Below, one piece after another: positions 32,857-40,573 of a stretch of 42,851 nucleotides of DNA. The notes under the pieces are model-generated. The model saw only the letters and a program-made list of their open reading frames with translations, had not been told where the DNA came from and did not search any database. Source of the DNA: a virus. Within the stretch, counting starts at the first letter, position 1; each line of letters starts with the position of its first letter. The stretch covers positions 1 through 42,851 of IMG/VR virus record IMGVR_UViG_3300021387_000151. The stretch is one strand, 5' to 3'. The translations under genes were made by a program, and so were the position numbers.

Positions 32857-35043
32857 AACAGCGAACACACGTACTACTCTTGTTGAGTTGTCAACACGTG
32901 CAGCTCGGCTTTCAAGCGTGTTTCCGTTTTTAAGCGTTACGTTCTCTTTGACCTTTGCAGTCCATGTTCTACGGGCGTAAGGCGAGCGCTCACCGCTGTC
33001 ATCGCACCATTGCTTGTATTCGCCGTACACGGTTTCGATAGAACGACCAACAAGCTGTTCGCCAGTGATGCCGCAATCAGCAATCCACCTGACAACGGAA
33101 TCGTTGTTAAGCCTGACCTCTTCCACCTCCGCCGCCATATCGGGGATGGTGGTGAGCGTTCCGCGCCGAATCAAGTCACCAAGCGCCATAAGCCCCAGCA
33201 GCGCCCCGCGCTCAAGGACTTCCGGCTGTGATAGCTTCTCGGCTATGTGCGGATCGTATCCTTCCGTACCCGGTGAGAACCGCCTGCGGAACGGGATGAA
33301 GGCCAGGCGCCTGAAGATGCCGTCCGTGGTATCCGAAAGGCGCGGAACCGAGTTCATGGAGAACACCATAGACGCGCTCGGTCTGAACTCATAGCCATCG
33401 CCGTTCTTCACGTCCGTGTAGATGGCATCGCCAGTAACTAGCTTCTTGAACATGGATAGCTCGTCACCGCGTAGGAAGCCGTCCGGGATATCGTCACCGA
33501 GGTTTGCCAGCTTACCTACTACACGCCCTGCCTGGAACCTCTGGCCCAAGGTCGCAATGTCCAGACTTGACGTGTTCTCGGTTCCGAGGATAGACCTCAG
33601 CCAGTTCAGATAGGTCGATTTGCCGTTGCTCGCCTTGCCGCTCGCGCCTCCCGCCTTTCCTATGAGCATGGGCGATTGGCTGAGCACGCGCCGCGAGCAC
33701 ATGCAGGCGCCTATGACCTCCTGCATAGCTAGCAGCGTTGCGCTGTCGCCGTTGCTGATGGATTCCAAGAACTCGTCGGCGGCATTGCGCCCGACGCTAA
33801 AGTTCAAGTTGACGGGTAAGGTTGCGATGATATACATGGACGGGTCTGGTTCGACCTCGCGTTCCTCCAGCACGTCATAGGTGCAGTTGGCGAACTGCAC
33901 GTAATAGCCGCCGTCGAACTCGCGGTCGCTCGTCACGCTGGGCGCCATGTCCATGATGTAGCTGGCGACTTCCGCTTTGTCCTGCTTCTTTGCATCGTCG
34001 GCGAGATGTAGCGTGCAACGGTTGATGGCGCGTGTTCCGAACTCCCATTTGCGACCCGTCCACACGGCGGGTGCGCCGTCTATTTTTCGGGCGTGGTTCT
34101 CGGACATCACCATCTTGGCAAGCTCGTTAGTGAGGATGCCGCCGCGCTTGCCGCGCGGTGCCGCCCCTCCACTACCACCACTGGAATGCCCGGGTGCGCC
34201 GACGGTACGCCCGTCGTCACTTGGTTTGTATCCGATGCCGCCGCCCTGCTCGTACTTGCACGCGCTCTTTACGATGCGGTCGATATCGCGCGAGTCCATG
34301 GGCGGCTTACAACGCATGAAGTTCGCGCCAAGCACTGCGTTATGGATTTCCTCGTCCGAGCGCCCGATGCTTCTGAGGTGTGACGCATAGCGGAAAAGCG
34401 TCTTGTCGCGCTCTCCAGACTTGATTTCGGCTGGTAGCGAAAACTTGCCGTTCTCCTTGCGCGCGTTCACCTCGTCCGAACCGTTGCGCTGGATGTAATC
34501 GAGAAAATCGTAGACGTTATCGTCCGCTGTGGCTATGTCCACTTCCCAAGGCGATGCGATCCATTCGTACATCTGACCGTTAGGATGGATGGAGCCAGCC
34601 GCGACAACGAATGAGCCGTCACAGCGAACATCCACGCCCAAGGTCGAGTTAGTAGATGGATGGATGTTCGTCCTGCCCGTCCTAAAGAAGTAGTGCCTGC
34701 CGCCGCTGCCGGTGACGGCAATGGGCGTGTCGGGCAACTCGCCGTGGGTTGTCTCCCACTCCTTGAGCGTCGCAAGCCCGTCCTTGGAATCTGACACATC
34801 GAAATCAAGGACGAGCAGACCGCCGCTCGGCGCTCCGCACGTGATTCCGATGTTGGCGTTCGGATGCTCAGTCCAGTAGTTGATTACGTTGTCCGGGTTG
34901 TCCGTCCAGTCATTTAGGCCGTGGCGTGCCTCAGATGCCGGGACTTTGCCGCGCGGGGCCACCGGAAAGACGGCGAACCCGGCGCGAACGTATGAAAGCG
35001 CCGTCCTTCCCAGCTCGGATAGGCGCGATTCGCGTTCATCCAT
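32845..35043 (-). CDS. Bifunctional primase-polymerase / P4-D5-type helicase
   Basis: N-terminal prim-pol (AGFAVFPVAPRGKVP...LLVLDFDV...GGRHYFF). PriCT-like segment (GERDKTLFRYASHLRS). Walker A GKAGGASGKASNGKST. Confidence 0.85.
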   Translation of the reverse strand: MDERESRLSELGRTALSYVRAGFAVFPVAPRGKVPASEARHGLNDWTDNPDNVINYWTEHPNANIGITCGAPSGGLLVLDFDVSDSKDGLATLKEWETTHGELPDTPIAVTGSGGRHYFFRTGRTNIHPSTNSTLGVDVRCDGSFVVAAGSIHPNGQMYEWIASPWEVDIATADDNVYDFLDYIQRNGSDEVNARKENGKFSLPAEIKSGERDKTLFRYASHLRSIGRSDEEIHNAVLGANFMRCKPPMDSRDIDRIVKSACKYEQGGGIGYKPSDDGRTVGAPGHSSGGSGGAAPRGKRGGILTNELAKMVMSENHARKIDGAPAVWTGRKWEFGTRAINRCTLHLADDAKKQDKAEVASYIMDMAPSVTSDREFDGGYYVQFANCTYDVLEEREVEPDPSMYIIATLPVNLNFSVGRNAADEFLESISNGDSATLLAMQEVIGACMCSRRVLSQSPMLIGKAGGASGKASNGKSTYLNWLRSILGTENTSSLDIATLGQRFQAGRVVGKLANLGDDIPDGFLRGDELSMFKKLVTGDAIYTDVKNGDGYEFRPSASMVFSMNSVPRLSDTTDGIFRRLAFIPFRRRFSPGTEGYDPHIAEKLSQPEVLERGALLGLMALGDLIRRGTLTTIPDMAAEVEEVRLNNDSVVRWIADCGITGEQLVGRSIETVYGEYKQWCDDSGERSPYARRTWTAKVKENVTLKNGNTLESRAARVDNSTRVVRVFAVCYV

Positions 35044-35551
35044 CGTATGGAACTCCTAGAATCTCACATATCCGGCGTGCCGTGTCCCGCTTGTAGCAGA
35101 ACTCGAACATGACGCCGTGCTCCTTTTCGAGCGTGCCGATGATACGGGCAACGGTGCGCCCGTTCATCGGCTTGCTTCGGTACTTGACGCATTTGCTACC
35201 GCGATCAAACGGGTTGCATCTGCGGCATTTGCGGCAAACGTAGCTCTTCCATTGGTACAGCTTCGAGCGGTCGTTGAACTCGGGGTGTTCCTCCACGAGT
35301 ATTACCAGGCGGTAACCTTCTGCTCGCGCCCTGTCGCACTCGCGGACGAACCTCGCGTGGTCGCGCCCGATGTTCCCCGCCACCTCCTGCACATCCTGCT
35401 TGGTGTCGATGGAGATATTTGAACCTTCGAGCATGTAATCGCCGAAAGGTAAGGCGGTAGCCCTAGGCGCGAACTCCACGCCATGGGCTACCATCCATTT
35501 TTCTATGTTGCTGTGCTTGGACTTCTGTTGCCGTGAATCTTCGATAATCAC
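35036..35551 (-). CDS. ERCC4-type (Mus81/Hef-like) nuclease, tentative
   Basis: GTG start. IIEDSRQ...LPFGDYML...ISIDTK fits the ERCC4 D.RE ... GDY ... E.K pattern. There is a Cys-rich insert CRKCRRC. Confidence 0.5.
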   Translation of the reverse strand: MIIEDSRQQKSKHSNIEKWMVAHGVEFAPRATALPFGDYMLEGSNISIDTKQDVQEVAGNIGRDHARFVRECDRARAEGYRLVILVEEHPEFNDRSKLYQWKSYVCRKCRRCNPFDRGSKCVKYRSKPMNGRTVARIIGTLEKEHGVMFEFCYKRDTARRICEILGVPYDG

Positions 35552-35553
35552 GA

Positions 35554-36117
35554 TTAGTTGAACGGGATGGGGCCAGCGTAGACGTTAGCCGCAGGATCCG
35601 CCACCGCCGCAGGAGTAGTGGATGGGGCGGCACCACCATCGAGCTTCTTTGTATCTCGGGGCTTCACCTTGCCGTCGCGCACGTCCTGAACGGGCACGAC
35701 CTGACAGACGTCAAGGCGCTTCTTGACCTCGCCGTTGGACTCGTACTCTTCCTCTTGGAGGTTGATGCCGACGAGACGGTTGGCGAACATATCGAGACGG
35801 CCTGCATCCCACGCGGCGAACGGTTCAAAGCCGGGGTTGGATGCCTGGATGGCTTCGAGACGGCCCTTGAGCATACCCAACGCCGTGTCCTTGTAGCTCA
35901 AGAAGAAGTGGTGGGCGTAGGGGTGCGCCTGTCCCCAGTCATCGGAGTAGTAGTTGGCGAACTCGCCCTCGGCAATGTCGAAAACGGCTTCGACATACTG
36001 CTTTGCATCGTTGTCTTCGAGCGACACGAGACGTGCGACATAGCCGCCAGGCGCGGGTCGCTTGAAATCGCCCCCGTCTGCGGTCGCGGTCACGCTGCCC
36101 CAGTTGACGTTACGCAT
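35554..36117 (-). CDS. DUF669-like / SSB-like protein
   Basis: 187 aa downstream of the Sak4-like ATPase. The C-terminus ends ...YAGPIPFN, resembling the SSB IPF tail. Confidence 0.45.
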   Translation of the reverse strand: MRNVNWGSVTATADGGDFKRPAPGGYVARLVSLEDNDAKQYVEAVFDIAEGEFANYYSDDWGQAHPYAHHFFLSYKDTALGMLKGRLEAIQASNPGFEPFAAWDAGRLDMFANRLVGINLQEEEYESNGEVKKRLDVCQVVPVQDVRDGKVKPRDTKKLDGGAAPSTTPAAVADPAANVYAGPIPFN

Positions 36118-36328
36118 GTTGATTCCTTTCCGCTACGCTTCGTAGCTTGTTCTCAAAAAGGCGGTCGCGCTTATCGAAACATTGCGGTACCTCGCCAAGT
36201 GCCGCTCTTAGAGCGTCAAAGGCTCGGTCTGCCGCCACGTCCGGGTCGCAACCGCCCTGTATCAACTGTTGGTATCTGTCCTCGCAAAGACGCTCCATCT
36301 CCGCGAGGGTTTCGTTATCTACGCGCAT
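36110..36328 (-). CDS. Hypothetical protein
   Basis: 72 aa, overlapping both neighbours by 8-10 nt. Confidence 0.5.
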   Translation of the reverse strand: MRVDNETLAEMERLCEDRYQQLIQGGCDPDVAADRAFDALRAALGEVPQCFDKRDRLFENKLRSVAERNQHA

Positions 36329-36819
36329 TCCTGCTTACGCTTTCTGAGGGCGCCGCCGTAGAGCAAAGAGTTGAGCCATTCATATTTGTCTGGCTCATTC
36401 TCATACAGCAGTGCATCGCACTCGGCTTTGGAAATCGGCGCGTAGTCGATGAACTCTTTGTTCTCGGCGCACGCGATACGGATTATTACGGTTGCAACGT
36501 GGTCGTTCACGATTACTCGCTTATTATCAATGGTCACGTTGTCGCGCCTAAGAGTTCGTTTTAGATCGCACTTGAACTCTGATGATGTATAGCCAACATC
36601 GTTATTTCTAACGGTGTTGAGCATGATGGCGTTAACCACGTCTCTTACCGCTTGGTTCGCGTACAGTTCCTTAGCTCTATCAACGCACTTGGACACATCG
36701 CGCACACGATTCTTGCGGTTCTCTTCCTTGTCGGAGGAATAGCCGCTACTGTCGAACTCTTCTTGCGTAAGTTCTTCTTCTGAATGCTCGTCACAATCGA
36801 ACTCATAGCTATCAGGCAT
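36319..36819 (-). CDS. Hypothetical protein (acidic N-terminus)
   Basis: 166 aa. The region appears AT-richer than the backbone. Confidence 0.6.
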   Translation of the reverse strand: MPDSYEFDCDEHSEEELTQEEFDSSGYSSDKEENRKNRVRDVSKCVDRAKELYANQAVRDVVNAIMLNTVRNNDVGYTSSEFKCDLKRTLRRDNVTIDNKRVIVNDHVATVIIRIACAENKEFIDYAPISKAECDALLYENEPDKYEWLNSLLYGGALRKRKQECA

Positions 36820-37430
36820 TATTCTTCACCCCCGATAAAATTTCGGATGCCCTTGTCGATTAACGCGAGGTCATTAGGCAACTTTGGCGTATCGAAAATG
36901 CCGCAGCTCTTTGCTGGCGGCTTATCGTCAACGATGAACACGTGTTCACCCTCGATTACCTCGGACAAGATGCAGACGTTGACCATGCCAAGAAGGTCGA
37001 TTTTCTCGTTGACCATCTTTCCCATGAGTTTTGGGATGATGTTATTGAAAGCGTCGGAATCGGTGTGCATGGTGATGTACACGATCACATCGCTAGGCAG
37101 CTCGTTGATGAACTCGACCGTGTAATAGACCTCGGCGGCGATGTTCTTATAGATGGAGTACTGGTCTTTGTCTCCGATATGCTTGATGAACAAATCGGTA
37201 ACGCAGTACCCGAAATCATCAACAACGACCGTCTTGTATACGTTAGCGTACTGCTTGATGATTCCGCGCAAGGCTGCAAACTCTTTGGTGCGTGCGAACT
37301 TCTTGCCGCCGCGAAACGGCAGCATGGTTTTTTCGCACTCGATAAGCCCGTAGGAATTAACGGGCATGTTGCGCATCGAGTAGGTCTTGCCAGAACCGGA
37401 CGGCCCTAGGATAAGCACCGGTACGCCCAT
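36819..37430 (-). CDS. Sak4-like / AAA_24 ATPase (RecA-related annealing protein)
   Basis: Walker A LILGPSGSGKT and Walker B VVVDDFGY. 203 aa. Confidence 0.7.
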   Translation of the reverse strand: MGVPVLILGPSGSGKTYSMRNMPVNSYGLIECEKTMLPFRGGKKFARTKEFAALRGIIKQYANVYKTVVVDDFGYCVTDLFIKHIGDKDQYSIYKNIAAEVYYTVEFINELPSDVIVYITMHTDSDAFNNIIPKLMGKMVNEKIDLLGMVNVCILSEVIEGEHVFIVDDKPPAKSCGIFDTPKLPNDLALIDKGIRNFIGGEE

Positions 37431-37433
37431 CAG

Positions 37434-37793
37434 TTACACCTTCTTATTGAAAAATCGTTGAGCAGCGTCAATGCGTCCAGCGATAATGCCGAGTTCAAAC
37501 GGGTTTCCGTGGCATTTGTCCAAATCTGCTGTGATATCAATCGCATCAAACAATTCGTCCTTGTTGAACGAAAAATCCAGATGCCTTTTTGCATCTTTTC
37601 CAATTTCAGCAAAAGCCAAAGTTTTTTTGTGGCTGTGCTTTTGCAAAAGCCCAGGCTCAAACTTCATTCCATTCAGCTCGATAGGCTTCAAAAGATAGAG
37701 TTCGCGTGGTTCCTCCCAGCACACTCCAAACGTTTTTTTGTCGTATGCCTTGGAGAGATACTTCGAAATTTGTACGATGATGCTATCTTCCAT
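37434..37793 (-). CDS. Hypothetical protein
   Basis: 119 aa in a visibly AT-richer segment. Confidence 0.55.
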   Translation of the reverse strand: MEDSIIVQISKYLSKAYDKKTFGVCWEEPRELYLLKPIELNGMKFEPGLLQKHSHKKTLAFAEIGKDAKRHLDFSFNKDELFDAIDITADLDKCHGNPFELGIIAGRIDAAQRFFNKKV

Positions 37794-38284
37794 TACTCCA
37801 CCTCTCCCGTAAGCAGCGCGGCAGCGGCAGCACCGAGGTTGTTCCCCAGGGCTTCAACCACCTTGGGAAGCTGTACGCGGACGGTCGTGCCAGTCATCAT
37901 CGGCGGCTCACAACGCTCGACAAGCTCGCAGCCATCCGGCAGCTCTCCATCCGCAACGGCGGCATCCAGAACCAAATCGGGCTCGATGGAGACAAGGCGG
38001 TTGAGCGTATCCAGTCCACCATCTGATGTGCGCAACCACTCCACGAACTCGGGAGCAGACTTGAGCATGGGATACTTGCCCACCTTCTCCTTGGTCATTC
38101 GCGCCGAGATCGTGCCAACCTTCTGACCGTTCACGGTGAGCTGCTTCTGGGTAACGCCGTTTACCATAAAGTCATCGCGCATCTGCGCATCGACTTCCTC
38201 GCGTACCTGCTTCTCGGCCTGCTTCACGGCCTTGCCGAAAGCGGTGATGACCGCAAGGCGCTCTAAGTTACTCACGTTCGGCAT
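37793..38284 (-). CDS. Hypothetical protein
   Basis: 163 aa. Coupled to its neighbours through overlaps. Confidence 0.6.
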   Translation of the reverse strand: MPNVSNLERLAVITAFGKAVKQAEKQVREEVDAQMRDDFMVNGVTQKQLTVNGQKVGTISARMTKEKVGKYPMLKSAPEFVEWLRTSDGGLDTLNRLVSIEPDLVLDAAVADGELPDGCELVERCEPPMMTGTTVRVQLPKVVEALGNNLGAAAAALLTGEVE

Positions 38285-38465
38285 CGCTAATCACCTCGCA
38301 GACAACAGGCTCGGACACGATGGGGAACTCATGCACGTGGCAATCGTCCTCGCCGCCGAAAAGCGCACCGTTCGCGCCCTTGCTCACGGCAAGCGCCGTC
38401 TCCCTGTCCTTGAAAACGCCAATTGGCGTGTAGCCTTGGCTCACGACATAGACTTTCATATTCAT
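38268..38465 (-). CDS. Hypothetical protein
   Basis: 65 aa with SD GAAAGGAAG. Confidence 0.55.
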   Translation of the reverse strand: MNMKVYVVSQGYTPIGVFKDRETALAVSKGANGALFGGEDDCHVHEFPIVSEPVVCEVISDAERE

Positions 38466-38482
38466 CTTCCTTTCGTTTGGGG

Positions 38483-38920
38483 CTACTCGTCCCTTTTCCT
38501 GCGCTTCTTCTTCTCGCGCTGATATTCCGACTCGGCTGCTCGCTCGCTTCTCCCCTCGCGCATGGCCTGTGCCTTGCGCTTCGTCCAGCAGGTTGGGCAG
38601 AAGCCAGCCCTGCCAGCCACCGTGCCGGGTCGAGCTTCATAGCATCCGCATTCGATACACTTGCGAACTCCATGCTCGGGGTATTTGCTTAGCGGGAACT
38701 TCAGGCACCTGTAGGCGTGCATCCTCACGGCCTCGGGGCTTCGGTAGTAACCCATGCCCTTTAGACCTTCGGAAATAAGCACGTATCCATCGGTGCGGTG
38801 CTGGGATATATACCTGTCCTCGGCATCGCGCCAAAAGTAGGTGGACTTGTTACGCGCACGCTTAACAACTCGCGCACGTTCCACAGAATCAACACGATAG
38901 TTCTTCGTGCGCTTCGGCAT
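38483..38920 (-). CDS. Basic zinc-ribbon protein
   Basis: Start set at MPKRTKNY (TAATG junction). CIECGC...CPTCW. K/R-rich C-terminus. Confidence 0.55.
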   Translation of the reverse strand: MPKRTKNYRVDSVERARVVKRARNKSTYFWRDAEDRYISQHRTDGYVLISEGLKGMGYYRSPEAVRMHAYRCLKFPLSKYPEHGVRKCIECGCYEARPGTVAGRAGFCPTCWTKRKAQAMREGRSERAAESEYQREKKKRRKRDE

Positions 38921-39114
38921 TAGTTCAGCACCCCCGCGCGGTACATGCGCATGATTCCACGCTCGGCATCGCGCTTGGTAGCGTTGCGACCGAGACCGGT
39001 AATCGTCTTGCGCACCCATACCGCGCCAGTGGAGCCGTAATTGCCGCCGTCCATCAACTTACGGGCGTACCAAACGCCGCCCCTCTGCTCCGCAGTCCAT
39101 CCGAAAAACGACAT
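38920..39114 (-). CDS. Small hypothetical protein (64 aa)
   Basis: Start set at MSFFGWTAEQ (AGGAGGG upstream). The longer track ORF N-terminus overlaps a better small gene. Confidence 0.45.
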   Translation of the reverse strand: MSFFGWTAEQRGGVWYARKLMDGGNYGSTGAVWVRKTITGLGRNATKRDAERGIMRMYRAGVLN

Positions 39115-39121
39115 GGCCCTC

Positions 39122-39289
39122 CTAGTAGTACATGCCGCTCGGCGCGGTGCCCTCGATTCTTCCAGCGATAGCGAGCAACATAAGCAGAACGACAGCGCAA
39201 ATAATGCTTTGCTTGCGTTCGCTCTGCTTGCTCCACCACCAACTGGCTTTGTCAAATGCCACCAGCGCCAGCGTGCTGATATAATCCAT
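39122..39289 (-). CDS. Small membrane protein (55 aa, not in the ORF track)
   Basis: GGAGG plus 6 nt precede the ATG. Translation MDYISTLALVAFDKASWWWSKQSERKQSIICAVVLLMLLAIAGRIEGTAPSGMYY. Confidence 0.5.
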   Translation of the reverse strand: MDYISTLALVAFDKASWWWSKQSERKQSIICAVVLLMLLAIAGRIEGTAPSGMYY

Positions 39290-39315
39290 CTGAGACCTCC
39301 TTTCTGTCGGGTCTG

Positions 39316-39351
39316 AAAGCCGTTTCCTTGTTGCTAGCTCGGGACGGCTTT
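39316..39351 (-). terminator. Stem-loop after the excisionase-type gene (attenuator candidate)
   Basis: 8-bp arms AAAGCCGT / ACGGCTTT with a 20-nt loop, directly after the stop at 39353. Confidence 0.3.
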
Positions 39352-39352
39352 T

Positions 39353-39571
39353 TTAGTTTTCATTCATCCAGCGGTCGAACTCGCTCACGCTGATTAGCGC
39401 GTTGCGCTTCCCGTAGGTCTTGAACTTCAAGCGTCCCGCCTTGTGCTCCGCATACAAGGTGGAGCGCGGAACGCCCGAATAGAGCGCCGTCTGACGGACT
39501 GTGTACGCCATTTGCGGTTTCAGCCCGGCGGCTATAGCGAATTGCAGCGCTCGACTTTGCATCTCTTCCAT
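39353..39571 (-). CDS. Excisionase/AlpA-type (MerR-like HTH_17) DNA-binding protein
   Basis: YTVRQTALYSGVPRSTLYAEHKAGRLKFKTYGKRNALISVSEFDRWM. SD GGAGGTG. Confidence 0.6.
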   Translation of the reverse strand: MEEMQSRALQFAIAAGLKPQMAYTVRQTALYSGVPRSTLYAEHKAGRLKFKTYGKRNALISVSEFDRWMNEN

Positions 39572-39667
39572 GCTTCACCTCCTAGAGCCGCCAGCGCGAT
39601 ACTGCCTAGGTACGCAATCAAAAGGGCTATACAAATTTCCTTATGACACGGCAGTACCGCGTTCGCG

Positions 39668-39700
39668 GTTCTATAAGGGTTCTAGAAGGTTTCTAGAAAT
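39668..39700. repeat. Three tandem 11-bp units containing the palindrome TTCTAGAA (operator-like)
   Basis: Units GTTCTATAAGG, GTTCTAGAAGG and TTTCTAGAAAT have one helical turn periodicity. They lie about 100 bp upstream of the excisionase-type gene. Confidence 0.6.
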
Positions 39701-40190
39701 GCGCCCCAGCGCCATGCGGTACGTATCCTGATTTGCTTATAGGCGGACTGAGAACTAATCGAGAACTTACGATGGCTTGATTAGCGGATACGCACCACGT
39801 GACGCTGGGGCTTGATAGGGGTTCACGGTATGGGAACGTAAACCCGAATACCGATAGATGCGTGGGATACGCGGTCATTTCCTACCGCGCTACGGCTCTC
39901 CACGCTTACCGCCAGCCCGTGGGCTGGAATCTTGGGTTCGCCTAGCCAGCTCAGGCTAGACTCGCGCGTTGGCGCTCCCTCCCGACTGTTCGCCCACCCG
40001 CGCTCGTTGACCCTCGCAAGGGGCGTTCTTGGCTCGGCTAGCAGTGGAGGGTATGCGGTTCTCAAGGGGCGCTATCTCCCTTTGCGTCCCGCTCGCACCG
40101 TACTGGCGAGTGTGGTTGGCCCGATCGCAGGAGGCATGTTCACGTAGAGAGGTTCGTGATTCGCCAGTGCGGCGCGTGCGAAACGCATGT
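39701..40190 (-). ncRNA. Candidate large structured RNA or structured early-operon leader (no family assigned; strand tentative)
   Basis: No protein-like ORF. Ungapped long helices 39703..39728/39786..39811 and 40083..40111/40159..40187, plus several local hairpins. Most mismatches become G-U in minus sense. Confidence 0.4.
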
Positions 40191-40216
40191 TTGATAAATC
40201 AGTGGTTGGTTACAAC

Positions 40217-40453
40217 CTAATTACGTTTAACGTAATCGTTGCCGTAAATAAAAAAGCCGACAGCATCAACGAGAATCGGCTTCGCAGTATCAGATAGGTT
40301 CCGATACAGTGATTTAAGCTCAGCCAATCGAAACTCTGCTGGGTTTAACTCTCGCTGAGCATATGTAACTCGGGACAATCCGCAGGCACTACCAGCATCT
40401 TCACATGTCATGCTGGATGCCTTGCGTGCTGCACCGAACTTTTCCTCATGCAT
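40217..40453 (-). CDS. Cro-like HTH protein, divergent from the repressor
   Basis: 78 aa with SD AAGGAGGAG. HTH segment MTCEDAGSACGLSRVTYAQRE. Confidence 0.6.
   Translation of the reverse strand: MHEEKFGAARKASSMTCEDAGSACGLSRVTYAQRELNPAEFRLAELKSLYRNLSDTAKPILVDAVGFFIYGNDYVKRN
40219..40235. promoter_or_regulatory. Perfect 17-bp palindrome ATTACGTT-T-AACGTAAT (operator-type site)
   Basis: It has the same half-site as the two arms in the switch region and lies in the last codons of the cro-like gene. Confidence 0.5.
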
Positions 40454-40481
40454 TGGCTCCTCCTTTCTTCTCGCCTGGTTT

Positions 40482-40548
40482 AGTGTAAACCGTAATTACG
40501 TTAAATGCAACGAACAATCTGAAAAATATTTTTAACGTAATGTATAAT
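40482..40548. promoter_or_regulatory. Divergent switch region: operator half-sites plus candidate promoters
   Basis: ATTACGTTAAA (40495..40505) and its reverse complement TTTAACGTAAT (40531..40541). Plus strand: TG-TATAAT at 40541..40548, 25 nt before the repressor ATG. Minus strand: -35 TTGCAT (40505..40510), 17-nt spacer, -10 TACACT (40482..40487). Confidence 0.5.
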
Positions 40549-40573
40549 TGAGTAACACGTAAGGGAGGTAAAC

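Noticed and set aside
39115-39255. N-terminal part of track ORF 38920..39255
   Set aside because: It is replaced by a better-supported 55-aa membrane gene in another frame (39122..39289, GGAGG plus 6 nt) followed by a 64-aa gene starting at 39114.
39572-40216. tRNA, tmRNA, RNase P RNA, group I intron, hammerhead or retron msr/msd as the identity of the structured segment
   Set aside because: I found no T-loop GGTTCGAATCC-type arm, CCA end or tag ORF. There is no GAGGAAAGTCC-type RNase P core and no CUGAUGA...GAAA core. There are no flanking split exons and no reverse transcriptase gene anywhere in the genome. This is only an eye search, not a covariance-model scan.
39693-40220. Four 61-80 aa ORFs (both strands) inside the structured segment
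   Set aside because: The products are R/S/P/A/G-rich without hydrophobic cores. There is no SD or coupling to neighbours, and the frames mutually overlap. The region is better explained as non-coding.
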